This document shows, one piece after another, positions 9,550 through 20,236 of a DNA stretch of 64,000 bases. The DNA lies in IMG/VR virus record IMGVR_UViG_2875455138_000005, positions 1 through 64,000 of that record. One strand, written 5' to 3'. The number at the start of each line of letters is the position of its first letter. The first letter of the stretch is position 1. This stretch comes from an uncultured virus (IMG/VR IMGVR_UViG_2875455138_000005) (Duplodnaviria > Heunggongvirae > Uroviricota > Caudoviricetes). The translations under genes and the position numbers were made by a program. The notes beneath the pieces are model-generated. The model was not told the origin of the DNA and did no database searches. It was given only the letters and a program-made list of their open reading frames with translations.

Positions 9550-10782
9550 ATGAATAAAATTAAAATAATTGATTCTATAATGGGATCAGGTAAGACAAGT
9601 TACATGATACAAAAAATGAATGAAGCACCTACAGACGATAAGTTTATTTTTATTACACCTTATCTTGATGAGGTAAAGAGGATCAAGGAAGCGTGTCCAG
9701 ATAAGAAGTTTATTGAACCTAAGATACACAGCGTAAACGGAGAAACATTTTATAAACTGGATTCGTTACATAAGCACCTTTCAGATAATAAGAATATAGC
9801 AACTACACACGCACTCTTTAAGATGGCAAATGAGACAACAAAAGAACTCATCTATTCAGGTAATTATACTTTGATACTAGACGAGGCAATAGAGGTTGTA
9901 AAGCAGTTAAACATATCTGCAGATGACCTGGATATGTTATTTAAAAATAACTGGATAATAAATAAAGACGATCGAATAATCTGGAACATGGAACAAGAAA
10001 AGAATATGCAAAGGGAATATGATGGAGAGTTTAAACACTTGAAACAGCTTGCATTAAATAACAACTTAATATTACATAATGATTCAGTCATACTTTGGAA
10101 CTTCCCTGCTGACATATTCAAATTGTTTAAAGAGGTATACAACTTAACATATCTGTTCGATGGACAGTTGCAGAAGTATTATTATGATTTAAACAATATT
10201 CCTTATGAGAAATATATGATTAAAAAAGATAAGGGAAAATATAAGTGTGTGCCTTATGATTCAGCAGCCGATAAGCACATTAAGAATAAAATTAAAATCA
10301 ATATAAATGTATATGATGGTGATCTTAATAAAATCGGTGAAGAAAAGTACTCTTTATCAAAAGGATGGTACAGAAATAAAAGGGTTTTACATAAACGACT
10401 GCAGAATAATATCCTGAATTACTTTCAGAACATATGTAAGTCTAAATCAAACTTTAATATGTGGACAACGTTTATTGATTATAAACCAAGGCTTTCAGGC
10501 AAGGGATATACTAAGGGATTCATACCATGTAATATCCGGTCTACAAATGAACATAGTCATAAAAATACACTAGTTTATGCTATTAATCGTTATTGTAATC
10601 CCTTATTAGTTGAATACTTTAGCTCTAAGGGTATTAAAGTTGATGAGACTTATTTTGCCCTTTCAGAGATGATTCAATGGATATGGAGAAGCAGCATAAG
10701 AAATAATGATTCGATTTCAATTTATATTCCATCAAGAAGAATGAGATTAATGTTAATTGATTGGTTAAATAATGATTTATAA
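9550..10782 (+). CDS. yonV: YonV-like P-loop/SF2 helicase-like protein
   Basis: DSIMGSGKT Walker A, LILDEA Walker B, Q-xxx-R-xxx-R late motif; 410 aa; synteny. Confidence 0.8.
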   Translation: MNKIKIIDSIMGSGKTSYMIQKMNEAPTDDKFIFITPYLDEVKRIKEACPDKKFIEPKIHSVNGETFYKLDSLHKHLSDNKNIATTHALFKMANETTKELIYSGNYTLILDEAIEVVKQLNISADDLDMLFKNNWIINKDDRIIWNMEQEKNMQREYDGEFKHLKQLALNNNLILHNDSVILWNFPADIFKLFKEVYNLTYLFDGQLQKYYYDLNNIPYEKYMIKKDKGKYKCVPYDSAADKHIKNKIKININVYDGDLNKIGEEKYSLSKGWYRNKRVLHKRLQNNILNYFQNICKSKSNFNMWTTFIDYKPRLSGKGYTKGFIPCNIRSTNEHSHKNTLVYAINRYCNPLLVEYFSSKGIKVDETYFALSEMIQWIWRSSIRNNDSISIYIPSRRMRLMLIDWLNNDL

Positions 10783-11092
10783 TCCTTATTGCAAATAAAG
10801 CAATAAATCACAAAAAAAAGTCAACTGTCCCAAGGGTTTGAAGGGTGTGTCCCTTAAAGGGGAAGAGGGGTAATAATTAAATAAAAAATAATAAATTCGT
10901 CCGTAAAGAAAGTGCCTTTACGGCCGTCTCGTTTCAGCAAGCTGAACCTCGATAATATGTTTTTCTTTTTTAGAATAAAAATAAAATAACTATTGAATAT
11001 TTAAAGTGATCATGTTAAAATTAAATCAAGTCAAAGGATTACATACATTTAGAATAAAAATAAAATTATTATAAAGAATGGAGAGGTTGAAA

Positions 11093-12961
11093 ATGACAGC
11101 TGTTTTAAGAATTAACGAAGAGTTAAACGGGATTGAACTTTATTTTGATAGTAAACCAGAACAAGAGGTTTTAACTCATCTTAAATCAAACGGTTTTCGA
11201 TACTCTGGATTCAAAAAATGTTGGTGGAGCAAACGGACAGAAAAATCAATGCAGGTCGCTAATGGTGTCACTAAACAAGAAATCTCATCTTCTAAAACAA
11301 TCACAAAAACCAAAAAGAAAGCTAAGGGTGTAAATATGAGTCTGTGGGATGCAACACAATGGAGTGAATTAGAAGTAAATAAGGAACAAGAAGTAAAAGA
11401 AATGGCAAAGGAAATAAGAAAGCATATAAGACAACGTTTCCCACAATGCAAATTCTCTGTTACTACTGGGGGAAGCTATTTACATAGCACTATTAACATC
11501 AAAATCAAAGCAAGCCCTTATGAAAAAGGCTCAACTTATTTGACTGCGATTTATGATTATTGCAACAGTCTTTTAAACAATTATCGCCATTGCTACAGCC
11601 CAGCAGATCCATACACTGATTACGCAGGCAGTTACAATTTCTATGGTCGTGTTTCATTAGATTGGGAATACACAGTGACAGAACAAACAGAAGAAATTAA
11701 AGAAGATATGACACTGTTTGATTCAAAGATGGAAGAATTCGAAAGAGCCGAGAAAGCGAGAAAAGAAAAAGAACTTCAGGAATATTTAAAAGAGCAAGAG
11801 CTCAAAAATGCTGAATACAAGAGACAGCAACAAGAAGAAAAGAAGCAAGTCGAAAATATCTATAGCAGCATTGTAGTAAAACAACTGAATGAAGATCAGG
11901 AGTATTTTGTTATTGATGCACAGTTTGCCAACTTAAACAAAAATCAAACACTTGATCAATACAAAGACGAGGTTGCTAAAGGTGACTACAGACTTGAAAA
12001 TGTGAAAATTACAAAAGAAGTACATTTCAATACTGAAGAAGCTTTAAACAACTTTTCTAACTTGCTTTTAAATGATTTTGATTTTCTTGCGGAAACCGGT
12101 GGAAGTTTTACGGAAGACAACAGAATCAACTCAATGATTGATTATTACAATATGGACGATCTTGAAAAGAACACAGTCAAATGGAATTTATATGGCGTAG
12201 GAGTGTACTATGATGGGAAATTGCAATTTATTATAGACGCTCAAGGCCATTCTTATGCGAGATATGTTGGCTTAGTGGATAATGCCAAAATTGAAAAGTC
12301 AATTTCTCATAAGCAAGCGTTAAAAGAAGAATTGCAGGAGTTAAAATATCAAGCGAGAAAAATAGAAGATCTTTCTAGCTCAGTCATTGAAGAATTAAAT
12401 ATATTTGCAACCTGGAACAATGAAGACTGGGACAAATATAAAACTTCACTCAAAGAAAAATTGAAATTGAATAATTTAAATTTAAGTAAAAATGTTATCC
12501 AACAAGCAGATGCAGAAAAATTAAAAACTGCTTTATACAGAATTCTCCATGAAGTTGACAGTATTCAAGAACAATTTAAAAATGCTGATCTTGAAAAAGG
12601 TGAAAAATATACTCTGTTTCACATATCTGATCTTGGATCTTTAATTACTGAAAGAATAACATATGACAGTTACCGGCCAACTAAATATGCCCAATATGAT
12701 AATGCAGTCAAGTTGACATACCGGCCTGAAAGTAAAAGAAAATTATATTTTCGTCACTTCTATTCAGAATTATTGATGTTCAAAGGGTGGCACTCGCTGC
12801 CCGAAACAGTATTGAATAATGTAGAGGTTAAACCAGATGGAATGAAAATAATTCATAGTAAGTACCACTCTTGCGACAAAAGACAATTCGATGAGGTTTT
12901 AGGTTATTTAAATAAAAAAAGCTTCAAACCAATAATCAACACTTATAAGCCTAATCTATAA
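11093..12961 (+). CDS. Large polyvalent-protein-associated (LPD29-like) domain protein
   Basis: AKEIRKHIRQRFPQCKFSVT...DPYTDY motif; N-terminal IELYFDSKP...LKSNGFRYS..KKCWW domain. Confidence 0.6.
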   Translation: MTAVLRINEELNGIELYFDSKPEQEVLTHLKSNGFRYSGFKKCWWSKRTEKSMQVANGVTKQEISSSKTITKTKKKAKGVNMSLWDATQWSELEVNKEQEVKEMAKEIRKHIRQRFPQCKFSVTTGGSYLHSTINIKIKASPYEKGSTYLTAIYDYCNSLLNNYRHCYSPADPYTDYAGSYNFYGRVSLDWEYTVTEQTEEIKEDMTLFDSKMEEFERAEKARKEKELQEYLKEQELKNAEYKRQQQEEKKQVENIYSSIVVKQLNEDQEYFVIDAQFANLNKNQTLDQYKDEVAKGDYRLENVKITKEVHFNTEEALNNFSNLLLNDFDFLAETGGSFTEDNRINSMIDYYNMDDLEKNTVKWNLYGVGVYYDGKLQFIIDAQGHSYARYVGLVDNAKIEKSISHKQALKEELQELKYQARKIEDLSSSVIEELNIFATWNNEDWDKYKTSLKEKLKLNNLNLSKNVIQQADAEKLKTALYRILHEVDSIQEQFKNADLEKGEKYTLFHISDLGSLITERITYDSYRPTKYAQYDNAVKLTYRPESKRKLYFRHFYSELLMFKGWHSLPETVLNNVEVKPDGMKIIHSKYHSCDKRQFDEVLGYLNKKSFKPIINTYKPNL

Positions 12962-13012
12962 ACTAATGAGGGGATGGGAAAACATCTCATTCCCTAAAAA
13001 GGGGAGCTCAAA

Positions 13013-14614
13013 ATGTTTAAAGATAATCCGGATTTTTATCCGACACCACCACAGTTAATCCGAAAAATGACATCTAAAGTAGAATGGAAGTACATTAACT
13101 CCGTTCTGGAGCCCTCAGCAGGCAAAGGAAACTTAGTAGAAGCCATTTACACTCAATTTAAAAATACTAGGAACTATAGAAGGAATACGAAATATGATGT
13201 GGATACAATTGAACAAGATGAAACCTTACGGCACATCCTTAAGGGGAAAAGTTATAGAGTGATAGCAGACGATTTTCTGACCTTTAACACATACAAGAGG
13301 TACGATTTGATTTTTATGAATCCACCTTTTAGCAACGGTGCTAAACACTTATTAAAGGCGATTGAGTTAATTGAGAAGCAACAAAGATCCGGCCAGATTG
13401 TTTGCTTATTGAACGCCGAAACATTAAAAAATCCGTATTCAAATGACAGAAAATTTCTCATACGTAAACTAGAAGAAATAAATGCAGAAGTCGAATACAT
13501 TCATAACGGTTTCCAGGGTTCAGAGCGAAGCACAGAAGTTGAAACGGCACTAATATACATATGCATTGAAAAGCAAGAATATAACAGCGTTCTAATAGAA
13601 GAATTGAAAAAAGATGAGTTTCATAGAATTAATGAGGATTATAAAGCAACACAGTTGGTGAATGCAGACTTTATAAAAGGGATTGTAGAACAATTCAATT
13701 ATGAAATCAAAGCGGGTTTAAAATTAATCAATGAATACAACAGTTTGAAACCATTAATGCTGCATAGTTTCAATGATGACAGTACTCCAATATTGAAGCT
13801 GCAAATTGATAAGAATACCGAAGAAAATGACATAGAGAATGCATATATAAAACAAATTAGGGCGAAGTATTGGAATACGTTATTTAACAATGATCAATTT
13901 ATGGGGCTCTTCACAAGCAATCTGAAACAAAAGTATTTGCAGCACGTTGAGGAATTAAAAGATTATGATTTTTCTTTGTTCAATATCTATACATTAAGAA
14001 TTCAGATGAGTAAAGAGATGACGCAGGGCGTAGAAGATACAATACTTAACCTTTTTGAAGAATTTAGCCACAAGCATTACTATGATGAATCATCAAAAAA
14101 TGTGCACTTATATAATGGGTGGAAAACAAATAAATCATATAAAATTAATAAAAAAATAATTATTCCATTGAACGTGTATAGCTGGCTAGATGGTCGGTAT
14201 AATCCAACAGACTATAAGGTCTTAGAAAAGTTGAAAGATATCGAAAAAGTTTTCAATTATCTTGACAATGGATTGACAGAAGACATAAATATTGTTGAAA
14301 CTTTAAATTTAGCTGAGCATTATGGGGAGACGAAAAAAATAGAGTTAAAGTTCTTCTATGTAACTTTTTATAAAAAAGGGACATGTCACATCGAGTTCAA
14401 AGATATGGAAATTCTAAAGAAATTTAATATCTTTGGCAGCCAAAAGAAAAACTGGCTTCCTCCTTCGTATGGCAAGGTAAAATATCAGGATATGACGGCA
14501 GAAGAAAAAGACGTAATTAATGATTTTGAGGGTGCGCAATCTTACAGTGAAACGGTAAATAACGCTTCTTATTATATCCTGGATACATCGAAGCTTCTCA
14601 TGCTTACATCATAA
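13013..14614 (+). CDS. N6-adenine DNA methyltransferase with DUF4942-like C-terminus
   Basis: DFYPTP, LEPSAGKG (SAM-binding), MNPPF (catalytic), C-terminal FYKKGTCHIEF. Confidence 0.85.
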   Translation: MFKDNPDFYPTPPQLIRKMTSKVEWKYINSVLEPSAGKGNLVEAIYTQFKNTRNYRRNTKYDVDTIEQDETLRHILKGKSYRVIADDFLTFNTYKRYDLIFMNPPFSNGAKHLLKAIELIEKQQRSGQIVCLLNAETLKNPYSNDRKFLIRKLEEINAEVEYIHNGFQGSERSTEVETALIYICIEKQEYNSVLIEELKKDEFHRINEDYKATQLVNADFIKGIVEQFNYEIKAGLKLINEYNSLKPLMLHSFNDDSTPILKLQIDKNTEENDIENAYIKQIRAKYWNTLFNNDQFMGLFTSNLKQKYLQHVEELKDYDFSLFNIYTLRIQMSKEMTQGVEDTILNLFEEFSHKHYYDESSKNVHLYNGWKTNKSYKINKKIIIPLNVYSWLDGRYNPTDYKVLEKLKDIEKVFNYLDNGLTEDINIVETLNLAEHYGETKKIELKFFYVTFYKKGTCHIEFKDMEILKKFNIFGSQKKNWLPPSYGKVKYQDMTAEEKDVINDFEGAQSYSETVNNASYYILDTSKLLMLTS

Positions 14615-14738
14615 TAAAATACGCACTTTTAGAATAAAAATAAAATTAGTATTGATTATTTAAAATGGTCATGCTATACTTAAATCAAGTTAAAACAACA
14701 GCGGAGCATGCATATTTCAAGGATGAAAATAAAATAAA

Positions 14739-15137
14739 ATGCATATTTTAAACAGAATGGAGAGAATTAATTTGGATAAAAGTCAATTAATAAAGGTTGG
14801 CTCAACAGTATATCTTAAACCAATCAATAATGCCGCACGATATGGAAGAAAAGATATTCTAGAGAAAGTTGTGTTAAAAAAGGGAAGGAAATATTTCTAT
14901 GTTGGAAATACGGGAGAGACAGAAACAAGACGCATGTTCAAATTTTCTTTGGAAGATATGAGAGAAGTGACAGAATATAGTCCTGACTGGGAGCTTTATT
15001 TATCAAAACAAGAGATTATTGATAAGGAAGAGAAGAAAAAGTTAATGTTTGATATACGATCGGTCTTTGATAGGTGGTCGACGGCTGATTTAACTCTGGA
15101 TCAATTAAGAAGGGTGCATGAAATTATTTCTGAATAA
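14739..15137 (+). CDS. Hypothetical phage protein (small beta-barrel-like)
   Basis: ORF; IKVGSTVYL...VLKKGRKYFYV pattern; true start may be downstream. Confidence 0.7.
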   Translation: MHILNRMERINLDKSQLIKVGSTVYLKPINNAARYGRKDILEKVVLKKGRKYFYVGNTGETETRRMFKFSLEDMREVTEYSPDWELYLSKQEIIDKEEKKKLMFDIRSVFDRWSTADLTLDQLRRVHEIISE

Positions 15138-15168
15138 AACAACAATTTTAAACATATAGGAGGGTGCT

Positions 15169-15594
15169 GTGATGAAAGAAGGAACAATCGATTTATGGGA
15201 TAGAAAAGACGGAAAAGTTAAAGTGATCATAACTGATTTATTGAAATTGCATCCGTACACAGGAAAAGGAAATAGATCGACTGTAAGTCTATTTGATTTT
15301 GACGGAAATTATAGATGCCGTATAGACCATATACAGAGTGATAAGAATCTAGTTGGAGATATACTCGAAGCGTTAGAGGTCGACGACAGATTCAAAAATT
15401 TCAAACTAGCATTCGATAAGGACATTAAAATGTACGAATTTTCGATAAATGAACATGGGAACATGCCGTATAGGTCATACAATACAAACAGTGTGACGGC
15501 AGTTATCAATACAACTTTCGATGCATTAATCAGTATGAGATACATGCCAAATAACGGAGGGTACGCAGTGACAAAAGATAACGAGAAATATTGA
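15169..15594 (+). CDS. Hypothetical protein
   Basis: ORF with GGAGGG RBS. Confidence 0.7.
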   Translation: MMKEGTIDLWDRKDGKVKVIITDLLKLHPYTGKGNRSTVSLFDFDGNYRCRIDHIQSDKNLVGDILEALEVDDRFKNFKLAFDKDIKMYEFSINEHGNMPYRSYNTNSVTAVINTTFDALISMRYMPNNGGYAVTKDNEKY

Positions 15595-15707
15595 GATTGG
15601 AACAATTTCAAGAACTGGTCAGGCTAAGGATATGAAAGACTTAGATTGTTCGGTCTTACATAGTATCGACAACATCTTTAAATATCATAAAATCAGATAG
15701 GACGGGC

Positions 15708-15890
15708 GTGTGTAGTTTGGATAGAGAGAAAATCAATGTCTATAAATCAGAAGAAAACGATTATTGCGATGGATGTGGACACAGAAGAATAAAGGGCGTA
15801 TACAGCGTATACGTGCCGTATGCAAGAAGTATTGTAAATGTATGTGATGATTGTAAAGAAAAGCTTGTGAATGCATTGAAATCGGAATAA
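15708..15890 (+). CDS. Small Zn-ribbon protein
   Basis: CDGC...CDDC. Confidence 0.55.
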   Translation: MCSLDREKINVYKSEENDYCDGCGHRRIKGVYSVYVPYARSIVNVCDDCKEKLVNALKSE

Positions 15891-15948
15891 AACAATATTT
15901 CACAGGGGCTTGTTAGCCAATACTAAAGCGAAGAGGTGAGAGAGCTCA

Positions 15949-16164
15949 ATGAATTTAAAAGTTGATGACAAAGTAAAGCCAATTAACAAGACTGCTGGAC
16001 ACCGTGATTTTGATAATAGTGCTACTCACTATTCGATGTTGGAAATAAAGCAAAACTTTTTATATGTAATCGGAGTCAATGAAGAAGAATCTAGAAAAGT
16101 TAAGGAAATTTGCTATTGGTGTGGGGTGTATCCAGGTGCACCGATGGATATAAAAAAAGATTGA
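15949..16164 (+). CDS. Hypothetical protein
   Basis: ORF with GAGGTG RBS. Confidence 0.6.
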   Translation: MNLKVDDKVKPINKTAGHRDFDNSATHYSMLEIKQNFLYVIGVNEEESRKVKEICYWCGVYPGAPMDIKKD

Positions 16165-16272
16165 ATAAAACAAACAGCGGTTTCATGACATTCCAAATAA
16201 GCAAATACCTGCCAAAAAACATTTGACTATTTAAAGTAGTCAATATATAATAAAAGTATAGAAAAAATTGAA

Positions 16273-16605
16273 ATGAGGGAACGAGAAATGAAAACATTAG
16301 TTCATCAAATTAAAGAAATCAGCAACAATCAAAAAGAAGAGATTAACGGATACACAATCTTTAAAAGAAACCAAAATATTTGTACAGTATCTAAATTCGG
16401 CGAAGTGATGTTCGAAGGGACCCTAATAGAAGTTTCAGAGTATATAACAAAGAATAGACAGGACACTTTAAATAGTTTTTCTCAAAATGAAATAGAGACT
16501 CTAGCAGAAGCAATGGGAAAAGATAAGAGAACGATTTTGTTTGATATAGAAGATAGTCGAGTTACAGCCGAATTATACCGTGAAAGACTTGCCCGTGTTA
16601 TCTAG
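16273..16605 (+). CDS. Hypothetical protein
   Basis: ORF downstream of a TTGACT...TATAAT promoter. Confidence 0.65.
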   Translation: MREREMKTLVHQIKEISNNQKEEINGYTIFKRNQNICTVSKFGEVMFEGTLIEVSEYITKNRQDTLNSFSQNEIETLAEAMGKDKRTILFDIEDSRVTAELYRERLARVI

Positions 16606-16687
16606 CTCCTCAGGGGGAGAATAAACCGCATTAAGCCCTGAGCGTTCCTGCTTATGCAGGAGGTTGTTAGTATTTTTAAATTCTTGA

Positions 16688-17035
16688 ATGGGAGATGGAA
16701 TAATTATGACAACTTTAAATGAAAACGTCCTTCAATTTTTACTGGATAATGGCTTTAAATTAAAAGAGTACGAAGATCAGGGGTTAACATTTTATTCAAA
16801 AGAAATAAAAGATAGTCAAGCTTTAAAAAAATTGATTGAGTATCATTATGAGATCGAAGAAGATGAAGATATTGTAGAAGGCGATACCACCTTTATTATG
16901 GAGATTCAAACAAATGGTGAGAATCCACAATGGCTTTTTACAGGCGAACATGACATGTTCGACATTCTTGACGATCAAGACGACTTTTTTGATTATGTAA
17001 AAGGGATTGAACGATTAATTAGGCCAACTGAGTAG
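16688..17035 (+). CDS. Acidic hypothetical protein
   Basis: ORF; strongly D/E-rich. Confidence 0.7.
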   Translation: MGDGIIMTTLNENVLQFLLDNGFKLKEYEDQGLTFYSKEIKDSQALKKLIEYHYEIEEDEDIVEGDTTFIMEIQTNGENPQWLFTGEHDMFDILDDQDDFFDYVKGIERLIRPTE

Positions 17036-17061
17036 CTAAAGAGAGGGGAAATACAATAGCC

Positions 17062-17226
17062 ATGAAGGTTAAACAATTGATTGATTCATTGCAAGAGTTG
17101 ATAGACAAAGGGGAAATAACAGAGGAAACACAAGTTCTACTCAATACATATGACGACTGCATGTACGAAGTAGCATGTGCTGAGCCACTGGGAGAGTTTG
17201 TACAAATAGAAGCTAAGATTAAATAA
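17062..17226 (+). CDS. Small hypothetical protein (54 aa; missing from ORF track)
   Basis: GAGGGG RBS; MKVKQLIDSLQELIDKG... Confidence 0.55.
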   Translation: MKVKQLIDSLQELIDKGEITEETQVLLNTYDDCMYEVACAEPLGEFVQIEAKIK

Positions 17227-17253
17227 AGAAATAAAACATGTATTTAAAGAAAG

Positions 17254-17460
17254 GTGATTAACATGAAGAGATGGATTAAATTTGACTACGATGATGGAGC
17301 GGAAGTTTCTTATAAGATAAACAACCCTGATCCCAATGGAGAGATTACTATTGATTTTAAGGTGAAACAGTCAGAAGAAGATGTTAAAGAGTTTCAGCTA
17401 TACGATGATGAATTAGAGCAAGTATACAATCAATTACAAGAAATGAAAAAAGGGTTGTAA
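17254..17460 (+). CDS. Hypothetical protein
   Basis: ORF with RBS. Confidence 0.6.
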   Translation: MINMKRWIKFDYDDGAEVSYKINNPDPNGEITIDFKVKQSEEDVKEFQLYDDELEQVYNQLQEMKKGL

Positions 17461-17642
17461 TGGGATATAGCAAAGATTTTGCAATCAATCTTGCAAATGA
17501 GAGAGCAAACAAACTTGGGTTTAAGCATTATGTCATTCATAATCCTAAAGATTATAGAGAAATTTTTAATAATACAGGCTTTGTTGTGGCACAGACGGTA
17601 AAAGAAAATGAAAAGTCATCTATTGTTTACGAAACAGAATGA
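17460..17642 (+). CDS. Hypothetical protein
   Basis: Coupled to the upstream ORF (TAATG). Confidence 0.6.
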   Translation: MGYSKDFAINLANERANKLGFKHYVIHNPKDYREIFNNTGFVVAQTVKENEKSSIVYETE

Positions 17643-17656
17643 AAAGGGGAGATAAA

Positions 17657-17767
17657 ATGGATGAGCTGCTAATCAAGTGTGAAGAATGCGGGTATAAATG
17701 GAATGGCGATGACTTTGATGAAGACTGTCCATCATGTGAAAGCGAAAATATCAAAGTTATTGGATGA
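17657..17767 (+). CDS. 36-aa Zn-ribbon peptide (missing from ORF track)
   Basis: AAGGGGAG RBS; CEECG...CPSC. Confidence 0.55.
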   Translation: MDELLIKCEECGYKWNGDDFDEDCPSCESENIKVIG

Positions 17768-17898
17768 AACGTTAGTATTCCAAAGCCTATTTTAAATAAA
17801 AACACCATTTTAACTTGAATGTAATTAATAAATAGGCAGCCATTATTAATTTAGCTACACTAGCATAAGGTATCAAAATAATGGGGTGATGAGGACAA

Positions 17899-18285
17899 AT
17901 GTTCAAAGTTTATTTAGGAAACGAAAACTGCACTGCTTGTGGCAAGAAGCATAAAAAAGTGTTTGAAATTGATGGAAAGCCTTATGGATCTACCTGTGCA
18001 AAAAGATTGTTTGATATTGATCTAAGTGCTCCTGCATGGCTTTATGAATTAGCAGAAAACTGGGTGAAAGTAGATTCTGGATACACCAAAGACAATTATG
18101 ATTGTTGCACTCTAAATTTCTTTAACCATCATGGTTTAGAGAAAGGAGGAAAGATAGAGGATAAGTTTGGAGAGTCGCTACTGTGGAATAAACCCGTCAA
18201 AATAAAAGGCTATTCAATTAAGGTAGAGTGGCAGTATGAAATAAATGATTACATATTGAGAAGGTATAGAGAGCTATATTTTTAA
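17899..18285 (+). CDS. Hypothetical protein with N-terminal Zn finger
   Basis: CTACGK...YGSTC. Confidence 0.65.
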   Translation: MFKVYLGNENCTACGKKHKKVFEIDGKPYGSTCAKRLFDIDLSAPAWLYELAENWVKVDSGYTKDNYDCCTLNFFNHHGLEKGGKIEDKFGESLLWNKPVKIKGYSIKVEWQYEINDYILRRYRELYF

Positions 18286-18326
18286 ATATCCTATAAGGGG
18301 GAGAGGCTGTCTAAGTAAAACAGCCT

Positions 18327-19421
18327 TTAACTTGCTTTTATTGTTTTATTGCTCAAATTGTTTTCACTGTTTTTGCGTAATTTTAATGCTGGCCTTTCAA
18401 CTAATCTATATGAAAGAAATGCGGATGCAGCAGTAACAGCAATTAGGGCTATGATCAGCGGGTAATCAGACAATGTTTTATTAATTCCAGTGTATAAGAA
18501 GATGTTGATAATCACCATGTGCCATATGAAAATCCCCATACTGATATCATCTAACCGGTTCAGCTGCCAAAATATCTTCGGCCCATTGTAACCGAACCAG
18601 ACGAGTGCATAGCTCAGGGGTACGAACCATAAAAAGCTCCATAGTGTACTGTTTATTGCGCTGAGATGTAAAAAGTCAATTTTAAAGAATAAAAATAAAA
18701 TTACTGAAGATAAGAATAAAACAATATGCCGCGGTGACTTGCTCCATGCTTTAGCCCAGAAGATGCCCAAAGTGAAATAAAACATCTGCGGCAGGAAAGA
18801 ATGTAAGTACAGGTTACCGAAGACACTGGCCGGCGCACACTTTAAAACTATGAAAGAAGCTAACACACTGAAGGCGGCAACAGCAAAAGAGCAAAGAATC
18901 ATTTTTTTGAATCCGAAACGTTTATAAAACCAATAAATAGCGGGTAACACCAGGTAAAAGCTAATTTGAACAGGAATTGTCCAAAGTGAATCGTTAAGGC
19001 GACCTGTGCCAATGTGATGAAATATGTCAGGGAAGTATTGAGGGTATAGCACAAGATTGCTCAGAAGCCATATCCAGTAATCTTTTGTAGTGAATACTGT
19101 TAATGAAAGAGCTCCTAGAACAATTAGCAGTACAGTGGAGGCAAGAGCATAGGTGTATATAGCAGGGGCAATTCTAATGATTCGGCTCCAATAAAAATCG
19201 GTTACATTATTTCCTTTAAGCCTGGATCTCTCATAAGAAGTGAAAAGAAAAAATGCACTTAGAAAAAAGAAGATTGATATGCCGGTGTGAAACGATGCTT
19301 TACTCTCTGGGGTATAACCAAAGACAGAAATGTTTAAATCTCTTGTAGCATGGCCAACCAACACACAAAGAGCAGCAAACAGCCTGATAACAAAGAAACA
19401 ATTAGAATGCTTTACGTTCAT
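18327..19421 (-). CDS. Acyltransferase family 3 (OafA-like) membrane O-acyltransferase
   Basis: R..AAL.V..GH, FFFLSAF, R..RI.P, SLWTI..Q..FY, S.GIFIWH, SYRLVERP motifs; about 10 TM helices. Confidence 0.88.
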   Translation of the reverse strand: MNVKHSNCFFVIRLFAALCVLVGHATRDLNISVFGYTPESKASFHTGISIFFFLSAFFLFTSYERSRLKGNNVTDFYWSRIIRIAPAIYTYALASTVLLIVLGALSLTVFTTKDYWIWLLSNLVLYPQYFPDIFHHIGTGRLNDSLWTIPVQISFYLVLPAIYWFYKRFGFKKMILCSFAVAAFSVLASFIVLKCAPASVFGNLYLHSFLPQMFYFTLGIFWAKAWSKSPRHIVLFLSSVILFLFFKIDFLHLSAINSTLWSFLWFVPLSYALVWFGYNGPKIFWQLNRLDDISMGIFIWHMVIINIFLYTGINKTLSDYPLIIALIAVTAASAFLSYRLVERPALKLRKNSENNLSNKTIKAS

Positions 19422-19705
19422 TAAAAGAACCTCTTTCCTATACCATATAGCGAATAAGCAGTAAGGCTGCCTATAAGCAGTGATGATTATATCATAAAAA
19501 TGGAAGAAACGTTCTTAAAAATGAATTAAATAAATATTTTTGTTCTCTATAAAGGTTTAATATCATTATAAATACATGTAGATACTCATAGATTTATGAA
19601 TATCTAGCTATATCATAGTTGATACAGAAAAATGAAGAATCTGTGTGCCTGTTCGCTCTACTTTAATCTCAAATGTTGTATAATTTGGGAAGAGGGGGAG
19701 TGGAT

Positions 19706-20143
19706 ATGAAAAAGTTGGGTTTGAGTATTGTTGCAGTGTCTTTAACTTGGTGTTTGAGTAGCGGAAGTACTTTGGCCAAGATTACAAAAGATGAACATAA
19801 GGTCAGCTTTAAAATGACTGAGAATGAAACGGGCTTTTTCATGGCTGATGACACCAATCTCGAGTATTGGCCAACTAAATTGGGATACAGGTTCACCATT
19901 TACAATGCTGAAGGTTGTACATTAAATTTTAAACTCCAAAGAATTACACTGGCAGGTTATGATTTTACTCTAAGTGAAAAGAATTTCACGGGAAATCATT
20001 TGAACTTGAGCGCAGAGGATAAGGTGAATGGTGATGCAAACAGGAATCATTACTTAAGTATCACAAAAGGAACCGGCTGTGGTGACGTCTGGATTAAAGG
20101 CTTTTATGGATTCGAACATGATGAGCCGGATGATGATTGGTAA
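19706..20143 (+). CDS. Secreted hypothetical protein
   Basis: Signal peptide MKKLGLSIVAVSLTWCLSSGSTLA; GGGGGAG RBS. Confidence 0.7.
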   Translation: MKKLGLSIVAVSLTWCLSSGSTLAKITKDEHKVSFKMTENETGFFMADDTNLEYWPTKLGYRFTIYNAEGCTLNFKLQRITLAGYDFTLSEKNFTGNHLNLSAEDKVNGDANRNHYLSITKGTGCGDVWIKGFYGFEHDEPDDDW

Positions 20144-20236
20144 GTTTAATACATAGTCAAGGTATATCCTTGACCTTTTTTATGGATATAATGATAATTT
20201 AAAGTGATCATACATAATGAATGTGGGGTAGTTAAA

